A DNA stretch of 15,359 nucleotides from the UHGV virus genome UHGV-1915822. The stretch is one strand, 5' to 3'. This DNA is from a virus. The position numbers were made by a program, and so were the translations under genes. Below, one piece after another: positions 6,472 to 14,700 of this stretch (position 1 is its first letter; each line of letters begins with the position of its first letter). The notes beneath the pieces were generated by a model. That model had not been told where the DNA came from, searched no databases, and saw only the letters and a program-made list of their open reading frames with translations.

Positions 6472-6829
6472 AGACGAATATATGCAAATTTTAGAGCGCA
6501 TCAGTGAAACCGGCGGTTTTACGGAAGCTATGCTCGATGATTTGCAGAAGCTAAAAGACGATTACGATGAACGGGAAGGGATGCTGAAAGTCGAGGATGA
6601 AGCATCGGATAAAACCGTATATACGGATGATCAGGTGTATGATACCGACGGAGTAAGCTGGAGAGATAAATACGACGATATGAAGCGCCGGTATAAAGCA
6701 AGATTCTTTTCTACTCCTCTTGAAGCTAAAGAAGAGCAGATAGAAGATATTGCATCAGACAGCGACAGCACAACCCGTACCTATGAGGAAATTTTTGAAA
6801 CAAGAGAGGGAGATTATAATGCCGACTAA
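6458..6829 (+). CDS. putative head scaffolding protein
   Basis: 123 aa, highly acidic and helix-prone (rich in D/E/K/R), GGAGG at 6444-6448. It sits immediately upstream of the major capsid gene and overlaps it, as scaffold gene 7 does in phi29. No direct sequence match recalled, so the call rests on position and composition. Confidence 0.5.
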   Translation: MALTRDEYMQILERISETGGFTEAMLDDLQKLKDDYDEREGMLKVEDEASDKTVYTDDQVYDTDGVSWRDKYDDMKRRYKARFFSTPLEAKEEQIEDIASDSDSTTRTYEEIFETREGDYNAD

Positions 6830-8111
6830 ACAGACGTACAAAGCCTTGTCGCCTACTGCGCAGAACATGGATATTATGAACTATGTGCGTTCGCAGACCG
6901 ATTTTAATTATCAGAACAGAATCCCGATTGCAACACAGGAAAATTTAAACAACATTTATCAGACGATTCTTTGTAATTACGATTTGCAGAATGAGTTTAT
7001 TAAAACCCTTGTGAATCGTATTGCTCTGACTACCATTTCTTCCAAGCTGATTGAGAATCCCCTTGCCCCCTTGAAAAAGGGCGTAATTCGGCACGGTGAA
7101 TTTGTAAATGAATACTTTGTGAATATTGCAAAAGCGCATGAATTTGATCAGGGCGTTGCAGAGAAGGAGGTATTCAAACGGGAAATCCCGGATGTAGATG
7201 CAGTGTTTCATAAGCTGAACCTCAAGAACTTTTATAAAGTAACCATCTCGAATGAAATGCTCCGAGAAGCGTTCTTGTCCGACAGCGGTATTTCCGACAT
7301 GGTAAGTCGGATTATCGACAGCTTATACAGCGGGGCGAACTATGATGAATTCCTCTGCATGAAAAATATTATCGCAGAAGGGGCAAATAACGGAGCATTT
7401 TTGCCTGTTACGATTCCTGCTGTTACGGGCGATAATATTAAAGATGTGGTAGCAACCATCAAAGCGACTTCAATCAAACTGACGTTCCCCTCAACGAAAT
7501 ACAATGCTATGGGCGTTTTGACACTGACGAAACCCGAAGATCAGATTATTTTGATTGACCCTGATTTTGAGGCTTCAATGGATGTGAACGTTTTGGCAGC
7601 CGCTTTTAATCTCCCTTATGCTCAGTTCATGGCAAACCGGATTCCGATTGATGATTTCGGGGGGATTACCGGTGTCAAAGCCGCTCTTGTTGACCGTAAT
7701 TTCTTTATGGTGTTTGATTTTGAACAGTTGTTCACCGAAAATTACAATGGTCAGGGTTTGTATTGGAACTATTTCTATCATGTATGGAAAATGTTCTCCT
7801 ATTCTCCGTTCTCGAACGCTGTTTTGTTTACTACGGAAACGAATAGTGTACAGAGTGTTGATGTAACGCCCGCAACGGCAACGGTAGCAAGAGGAAATAC
7901 CCAGCAAATGACCGCTGTTGTAGCAACTACCGGCTTTGCACCGAAATCGGTTGATTGGACGGTAACCGGTGCGCAAACTCCAACTTCCTCGATCACCAAT
8001 ACCGGTCTTTTGAGTGTTGCAACCAATGAACCGAATACCACTTTGACGGTAAAAGCAACCAGTACTTTCGATTCCTCGAAATCGGATACCGCCAGCATTA
8101 CCGTTGGCTAA
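6819..8111 (+). CDS. major capsid protein with C-terminal bacterial Ig-like (Big_2-type) domain
   Basis: Start chosen at ATG 6819 (GAGGGAG at 6805-6811); the track ORF begins in-frame upstream at 6750 inside the scaffold gene. NEFIKTLVNRIALTTI parallels phi29 gp8 NDFITTLVDRIGLVVI. The C-terminal ~90 aa (VDVTPATATVARGNTQQMTAVVATTGF...TVKATS...ASITVG) has the Big_2 pattern. Confidence 0.8.
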   Translation: MPTKQTYKALSPTAQNMDIMNYVRSQTDFNYQNRIPIATQENLNNIYQTILCNYDLQNEFIKTLVNRIALTTISSKLIENPLAPLKKGVIRHGEFVNEYFVNIAKAHEFDQGVAEKEVFKREIPDVDAVFHKLNLKNFYKVTISNEMLREAFLSDSGISDMVSRIIDSLYSGANYDEFLCMKNIIAEGANNGAFLPVTIPAVTGDNIKDVVATIKATSIKLTFPSTKYNAMGVLTLTKPEDQIILIDPDFEASMDVNVLAAAFNLPYAQFMANRIPIDDFGGITGVKAALVDRNFFMVFDFEQLFTENYNGQGLYWNYFYHVWKMFSYSPFSNAVLFTTETNSVQSVDVTPATATVARGNTQQMTAVVATTGFAPKSVDWTVTGAQTPTSSITNTGLLSVATNEPNTTLTVKATSTFDSSKSDTASITVG

Positions 8112-8119
8112 AGAATAAC

Positions 8120-8149
8120 GGGGAGCTTTTCGCTCCCCTTTTTTCTTTT
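8120..8149 (+). terminator. rho-independent terminator after the capsid gene
   Basis: Stem GGGGAGC (8120-8126) pairs with GCTCCCC (8132-8138), 5-nt loop, then TTTTTTCTTTT. Confidence 0.8.
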
Positions 8150-8166
8150 ATAGAAAGGGTGAAAAT

Positions 8167-9804
8167 ATGGAAATTATACCGAATGGAGTTGTAAGGCTAT
8201 GCGCGAATATCCCTTGGGATCCTACCTATAGCGATGTTCGGAAATTTAACAGCGTAGGAGAGCAAACCTCATATATAGCAGGGAAAGCGATTAAAACCTA
8301 TAATAATGTATCCTACCAACGTCCGACATCTAGTGTAGCCCCTCCACGGCCTGCCTTTACCTGCGCTGTACCCGATGTAGCCGATGATCTTTATAACTGT
8401 AACTATATTATGTTTCAAAATACAAATTTCGGCTCAAAATGGTTTTACGGTTTTGTCCGACAGGTAAATTATGTAAACCCGAATTGTACCCATATTGTAT
8501 ATGAAATAGACCAATATCAAACTTGGTGTTTTGATTACGAAGTATTACCGTCTTATGTAGAGAGGGAACACGCCGAAACCGATGAATTATATGAAAACCT
8601 ACAGCCTGAACCGTTTACAGGGTTAGAGACCATTGTAACGGATATTCAAACCGTGCGTCCCAATGGGGGTAGCCCCGATTATAAGATTGTGGTTTGCACA
8701 AACGCTGTTCCGGAAACAGGAGAACCCTCTCCCGGTCAGGTTATTGATAACGTATATTCAGGACTTACCTTTACAGAGTTTTCAGCCAGTGACGGCGGAG
8801 CCGCCGCAAACAATTTTATAAAAGGCTTCAGTGCAGGAACATGGGATCGAATTTTAGATGGGGAAATCCCCTATTTAAGAGCAAGGATTGATGCCATTAT
8901 CAGTATTTTTATGTCACCTTATTCTGTTGTATCTCCCCCAACAAACGACACCGTGACCTTAGAACGGCCTACTACGTTAAATGGTTACGAGCCCAAAAAT
9001 AAAAAAATGCTTACCTATCCGTATTGTTGTTTGGATGTATCGAATAACTGTGGACAAACAAGAACATACTTATACGAAAAATTTACAACGGGAACATCTG
9101 TGTTTCCTATTGAATTCAATCAATATTATACCGCAGGATTTAACCCGACGATTGTTTCATTACCCTCGTTTTATGATAGTGATACAACCGTACAAGGACG
9201 GGGTAACGCAGATATGGCTATTCAGCTTTCAACCTTCCCAGTATGTGGGTGGAGCGGAGACGCTTTCAGCGATTGGCTAAATAATGAATATCAATCAAAA
9301 CAAAGCGGGATTTTATCGAATTTAGCAATCGGTATTGCCGGTGTGTTATTATCAGCAGGAACAGGAGGGGTAGCCGGTACAGCTTTAGCAGTAGGGGCAG
9401 GCAGGGAATTATTAAGCGGTATTTCCGAAGGTGCTTCGTTAGGAAGAGAAAAACAACTTCGTTCACAATCACAGGGTGCTACAATGGCAACCCCGTTAAA
9501 TAGTAGCTTTAATTTCAAAACAGACAGTGTAGGCATCACCTATAAACAAAAAGCTATCCGTGCGGAAATGGCCGAAGCGATTGATAGCTATTTTGATATG
9601 TATGGCTATGCGACTAACAAGGTCAAGGTGCCGAATGAGGATAGCCGCCCGTCATGGAATTATGTAAAATGCGATAATGTCATCATTCACGGCTCATGCC
9701 CGGTTGAAGCCATTACCACGATAAAAACCCTTTATAATAACGGCGTTCGTTTTTGGCATACCGACAGCGTGGGAAACTTTGCTTTATATAATGGGGTGGA
9801 ATAA
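8167..9804 (+). CDS. tail knob protein (phi29 gp9-like)
   Basis: 545 aa. YIMFQNTNFGSKWFYGFV parallels phi29 gp9 YIMFQNADYGNKWFYAFV, and C-terminal RFWHTDSVGNF parallels TLWHTDNIGNY. Ribosome-binding site AAAGGGTGA. Confidence 0.85.
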   Translation: MEIIPNGVVRLCANIPWDPTYSDVRKFNSVGEQTSYIAGKAIKTYNNVSYQRPTSSVAPPRPAFTCAVPDVADDLYNCNYIMFQNTNFGSKWFYGFVRQVNYVNPNCTHIVYEIDQYQTWCFDYEVLPSYVEREHAETDELYENLQPEPFTGLETIVTDIQTVRPNGGSPDYKIVVCTNAVPETGEPSPGQVIDNVYSGLTFTEFSASDGGAAANNFIKGFSAGTWDRILDGEIPYLRARIDAIISIFMSPYSVVSPPTNDTVTLERPTTLNGYEPKNKKMLTYPYCCLDVSNNCGQTRTYLYEKFTTGTSVFPIEFNQYYTAGFNPTIVSLPSFYDSDTTVQGRGNADMAIQLSTFPVCGWSGDAFSDWLNNEYQSKQSGILSNLAIGIAGVLLSAGTGGVAGTALAVGAGRELLSGISEGASLGREKQLRSQSQGATMATPLNSSFNFKTDSVGITYKQKAIRAEMAEAIDSYFDMYGYATNKVKVPNEDSRPSWNYVKCDNVIIHGSCPVEAITTIKTLYNNGVRFWHTDSVGNFALYNGVE

Positions 9805-10706
9805 TGGATTGTATGAAATTATTTGGACATAAACCTCCTAAAAAATACGCGCATTTGATTATGAATCACCGTACGTTTTGGGATTACTATTACCGTTTAT
9901 TGGGATTAAGCGTAAATTTATTTGAATGGAAAAATATACCCGATACCATTGACCCCAGATTTCTGGAGCTTACCTTGATTGAACGCGGATATGCAGTATA
10001 CTTTAATGATGAAGTATTAGGGGATCTTGCATTACCCTGTAGGATTGGTACTCCTTTAAATGTATATCGGATACCTGTTAGAAGAACTGCCTACTCGGTA
10101 AATGGATATAATAAGGATCTTACCATAGAAAATTCGGTTATGATCTTTAATAATTATCTGCACACTCCTTCTGTAGAAACAATCCTTCTTTTTGCCGGAA
10201 GATTGGCCGAAATTGAACGAACAATCGATGTAAATGTAAAAGCGCAAAAAACGCCTGTCACAATTCTTTGCGAACCACAGCAGGAATTTACCTTTAAAAA
10301 CTTTTACAACAAGGTGTCAGAAAATGAGCCGGTTATTATCGGAAACGCGCAAGGGTTTTCATTAGACAGCGTAAAGGTTCTGAATACCGCTTCTCCCTAT
10401 GTAGGCGACAAGCTCAATATTTTAAAGCGTCAAATATGGAATGAAGCGCTAACCTTCCTTGGGATTGAAAATGTTTCAAGTGATAAGAAAGAAAGGCTTG
10501 TCAGTGATGAAGTAGAAACCAACCTTGGCGCAGTAGCCGCGCAACGCTATACCCTTTTAAATTCCCGCAGAGAAGCAGCAGAAAAGATCAATAAAATGTT
10601 CGGTACGAATATTGAAGTAAACTTTAGGGCTGAAACGAGAACAGAGGAAAGAATTGCAGATTTACCCGAAAACGAGTATAATGGTTATAGAGAGGAAGTG
10701 GAATAA
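9804..10706 (+). CDS. portal / upper collar connector protein (phi29 gp10-like)
   Basis: 300 aa. LFEWKNIPDTIDPRFLE, KAQKTPVTIL and KKERLVSDEV parallel phi29 gp10 LFEWENLPPTINPSFLE, NAQKTPVLIR and KKERMVTDEV. TAATG overlap with the tail knob stop. Confidence 0.85.
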   Translation: MDCMKLFGHKPPKKYAHLIMNHRTFWDYYYRLLGLSVNLFEWKNIPDTIDPRFLELTLIERGYAVYFNDEVLGDLALPCRIGTPLNVYRIPVRRTAYSVNGYNKDLTIENSVMIFNNYLHTPSVETILLFAGRLAEIERTIDVNVKAQKTPVTILCEPQQEFTFKNFYNKVSENEPVIIGNAQGFSLDSVKVLNTASPYVGDKLNILKRQIWNEALTFLGIENVSSDKKERLVSDEVETNLGAVAAQRYTLLNSRREAAEKINKMFGTNIEVNFRAETRTEERIADLPENEYNGYREEVE

Positions 10707-11731
10707 TGGCCGAATATAGCATTGAATTAGGTACATTAGTAAAAATGGGCTATCCGCTTGCTCTTAATGATTACCCGATCTTTCGCGAAGATTACCGGGA
10801 AATACTAAACCGAAAAATTATCGATCACTTCTATTTCCGTGAAATTGGTTTTGAAACGCCCGACCGTTTTAATCATTTCCTCCATATGGTGATGCATGAA
10901 AACATGCCGTATTTCAACCAATTATATGAGAGTGAATTCTTAAAGTTTGACCCTCTCAGCACGGACTATTTTGAAGAGGTATCGGAGGATGTAACGAACA
11001 ATATAAAAGCGGGCAGACGGGACAACACACACACCCAAACCGAAACCACCGGTGACAGGTATACTTCGTTACATTCTCTCGATTCCTCCATCAACGTTGT
11101 TGGTAATGTATCCGACAAGGGAAATATTAACGATACCGAGAACATTACTTCAAAATCAACCCAAACGAATGATTTGACTACACAGGTAAATTCAAGCAGT
11201 CAAGGTGACGGAACACAAGACACGACCGGAAGCAGAACCAAATATTTTTCCGATATGCCGCAAACCGCAATTACCAATACCACAACGGTTAATCCCGATG
11301 GAAGCGTCACCTATTCTACAAACGGTTATGCAACCACCATGGAAACGGAAAGCACAGCCCAGCACGATGTTACCCATACCGAGGAAACGGGGCAATCTAC
11401 ATCGACCAATACCGGCACTATTGTCACCGAGGGAGAAAGCGACCGAACCTATGGAAGAACAACCACAAATACAACCGATGAAACCAACGATAGAACCCAA
11501 AAAGACACCCAACACGAAGATACACAACGCAATATCCTGAACAATTTGTCTTTCTTAGACAATGCGGTCAATAGCGAGGCAACCGATGAAACAAGAAAAA
11601 GTAAAAATGCTCGGAAAGGGCGCTCCGGCGTTTCTCCTTCTTCCCTTATTCAGGAATATCGGAATACGTTTTTAAATATTGATAAACAGGTTATTGCAAG
11701 CCTCGAAAATTTATTTATGGGGGTATTCTAA
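10706..11731 (+). CDS. lower collar protein (phi29 gp11-like) with long polar low-complexity insert
   Basis: 341 aa. Position between portal and appendage genes matches gene 11 in phi29. TAATG overlaps on both sides. The central ~170 aa is T/S/N/D/E/Q-rich low complexity. Confidence 0.6.
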   Translation: MAEYSIELGTLVKMGYPLALNDYPIFREDYREILNRKIIDHFYFREIGFETPDRFNHFLHMVMHENMPYFNQLYESEFLKFDPLSTDYFEEVSEDVTNNIKAGRRDNTHTQTETTGDRYTSLHSLDSSINVVGNVSDKGNINDTENITSKSTQTNDLTTQVNSSSQGDGTQDTTGSRTKYFSDMPQTAITNTTTVNPDGSVTYSTNGYATTMETESTAQHDVTHTEETGQSTSTNTGTIVTEGESDRTYGRTTTNTTDETNDRTQKDTQHEDTQRNILNNLSFLDNAVNSEATDETRKSKNARKGRSGVSPSSLIQEYRNTFLNIDKQVIASLENLFMGVF

Positions 11732-14700
11732 TGTACGATTGCAACAAAAAGCCTTGCACTCCACCTCCTGTGGATCCATGCGAGCATCACCATCCTTGTG
11801 GCCCGGATTTTCCGAATTTTTGCCCTCCTCCTGCTCCCCACCCTGCCCCTTATCAGCCTCCTTGCCCATCCGTTGCGGAGGGCTCTTCGCTATATGAGGC
11901 CGTCAACAATCTGACGAATCGCGTCAACACCTGTATGGCAACCTATAACGATGTAATGGCAAACTGCTATAAAACACTTCACAATCTGGAATGCGCGGCA
12001 CAGGAAAACGGGGCATATTATGATTGCCATGAGGTATGGACAGAAACCGGTTATCAGCCGGACGAAAGCGCAACCTATACCATTATTCATAAAGCCGTTG
12101 TCGACCGACGCGGTGAGCCGATCCGTATGCAATTACATCTTGCTTATGGAAATACGACTAATTCGCAGATTACCCAAAACTTATTTTCTGCATCCGAAGT
12201 AACGCTGGCAGACAAAATTGTCCCGGCTATTCCTCTTACCGGTACAGGCTGGTATGGTAATGCGATTATAAACGGTTGCCCGATTCCTTCAACCGAAGCC
12301 TCTACCTATTATACAGTTGGCTTTACGAAAAAAGGTGTAATGCGCTATTACCCGAATTCGGTATCGGTTGATCAAATGTTAAAGGATACCATTGAGAATG
12401 CCATGGGGTGCTCAGGCGTTCTCATTATCAACAGCCAGATTGCAAATGATGCATTCTTTGAGCATATCCCGAACGCTACCGAACAAAAAGCACGTATCGT
12501 TATGGGCCAAAACTACGATACCCGCGAGGTCATGATTCTCGTATGCGGACAGGAAAACAATGTTGATAAAAAAGGTCTCACTTCTAAAGCGTGCGCCGAA
12601 ATTCTTCTTCAGTATGGTTGTGACATCGCCGTGGAGCTTTCCGAAGGTGACAGCGCAGGAGCATGTGACAAAGGGCAACTGATGTTCGTCCCCGACAATA
12701 ACAATGTGCCGGAGACTTACGCATTCTGGTATATCTCCCGCAAATGCTTCTATTGCAATGATTACCAGCGTGAACTCGCAAAGCTCATGCAGAATTATGG
12801 AACTTGTCTTTGGCAAACATATTTGAATAAAAAGAAAATCGAACAGCTTCGGGAGGATTTGAATACCGAAATCACAAATCGCGAGGATGCCGATCAGGTA
12901 TTGCAAAACCAAATCCTCGAAGAAGTCGATAATCGCGTTAAAGCTGACGAAGTATTGCAAAACCAAATCCTTGCAGAGGTCGATAACCGCGTTAAAGCAG
13001 ACGAAGTATTACAAAACCAAATCCTCGCGGAAGTGGACAACAGAGTTAACGCAGATAATGTCCTGCAAAACCAGATCCTTACGGAAGTAGACGCGAGAAA
13101 AAATGCAGACGATGTTTTACAAAATCAAATCCTTGAGGAAGTAAAAAATAGAGAAAACGCAGATAACACCCTGCAAGAACAAATCCTTACCGAAACAAAC
13201 GCAAGAATCGATGCGGATGAATCCCTGCAAAATCAAATTATTACCGAAACAAACGCCCGTGTCGCGTATGATGAAAACTTACAAGCACAAATTACAAAAG
13301 AAGTAACCGATAGAACAAATGCGGATGCTACCCTGCATCAAGAAATATTAACCGAACAAGGCGAAAGAATCGCCGCAGATGAAGTTCTTCAAAGAAATAT
13401 CAACGAAGAAGCCGCTACTAGAGCAGAAGAAGATACAAAACTACAAGGTAATATTGATGCAGAAACAACCGCCAGACAAGAAGCAGATGCCACCCTGCAA
13501 TCGAATATCGACGCATTGGCACAAAGAGTAACCGTCCTTGAAACGGATGTCGATCAGCTTCAAACCCTCTATAATTCCTTGCAGGAACAAACCGCCGCAA
13601 TGGATACAGCCATTACTTCCATTCAGCAAACGATTGCTTCTATTGAAACTTCTCTGAATAATGTAAAAACCTCTATCGACAATATCACCAACGGTACAAC
13701 ACTCCTGCCGTATTTGCCGATCAAAGGCGGTACAATGCAAGGTTCCATCAACATGAATAATAAATCGATTACCAATGTTCCTTCTCCTTCAGCAGACGGC
13801 GACGCGGTAAACAAAAAATATGTTGATGACGCGATTGCAGGTGGTATTACTCCTCCAACAGGCGACTATCTCCCCTTATCCGGCGGTACCATGACGGGAA
13901 ACATCAACATGAATAACAACCGTGTAACCTCTGTAGGAGCGCCCAGCGCAGGTACAGATGCAGTAAATAAAGACTATGTTGATGATGAAATCGCAACCGC
14001 AGGAGATGGAAAATTCCTTCCGTTGGCAGGTGGCGCATTAACCGGCGCAGTTACTACTACCGAAACTGAATTTGAAAATAATGAGCTTGTTACAAAATCG
14101 TATGTAGATGGACAGGTTGCAACCGCTGGAAATGGAAAATTCCTTCCATTAGCAGGTGGAACCATGACCGGGGCAATCAACATGGGTAATCAGAAAGTAA
14201 CAGCGGTCGCTACGCCTACTACAGGCACCGATGCTACCAATAAAACCTATGTGGATAACGCCATTTCTACTGCCGGAAATGGAAAATTCCTGCCGTTAGC
14301 AGGCGGAACTATGACCGGAGCAATCAATATGGGTAATCAAAAAGTAACAGCAGTCGCCACCCCGACAGATGGCTCAGATGCCGCAAATAAACAATATGTT
14401 GATCAAGCTGTTGCCGGTTCGTCTTATACGCTGCCTGCCGCTACTACTACTACACTTGGAGGTGTAAAGGTTGGAGAAGGTTTGTCCGTTACCGCGGATG
14501 GCACGTTGTCGGCTACGGGTGGAAGCACAGATATTCCCATTGCAAGCGATACCGTTCTTGGTGGAATTAAAGTCGGGGAATCACTTTCTATTGAAGCTGA
14601 CGGTACTTTAAGCGTTGTTGCATCCGATAATCCTACTACTCCGCGAATGCCTGTTAATAAAGAGTATGTCGATAATCAGCTCGACAATTTTGTAGCAAAA

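Noticed and set aside
6945-8098. ORFs 6945..7211 (-), 7575..7976 (-), 7618..7866 (+) and 7799..8098 (-) inside the capsid gene
   Set aside because: Embedded in or antisense to the well-supported capsid gene, with no start signals.
8981-10247. ORFs 8981..9280 (+), 9266..9472 (-), 9291..9539 (-) and 10056..10247 (-) inside the tail knob and portal genes
   Set aside because: Alternate-frame or antisense to genes with clear phi29 gp9 and gp10 similarity.
11192-11540. ORFs 11192..11527 (-) and 11205..11540 (+) in the lower collar gene
   Set aside because: Open frames produced by the biased composition of the low-complexity region; their products are Pro/Gly/Cys-rich junk-like sequences.
11679-12202. 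ORFs 11679..11897 (+), 11890..12132 (-) and 12020..12202 (+) at the start of the appendage gene
   Set aside because: Alternate-frame readings of the GC-rich appendage 5-prime end, with no ribosome-binding sites.
12868-13530. Tandem 42-bp repeats as a possible CRISPR array or non-coding satellite
   Set aside because: The units are contiguous with no spacers, lie in-frame in a long ORF, and encode a regular 14-residue protein repeat.
12412-14183. Antisense or alternate-frame ORFs across the repeat region (12412..12966, 12584..12781, 12887..13090, 13418..13600, 13441..13740, 13623..13814, 13974..14183)
   Set aside because: Repeat-driven open frames on the opposite strand or shifted frame of the appendage gene. 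The sense frame has coherent tail-fibre repeat structure.
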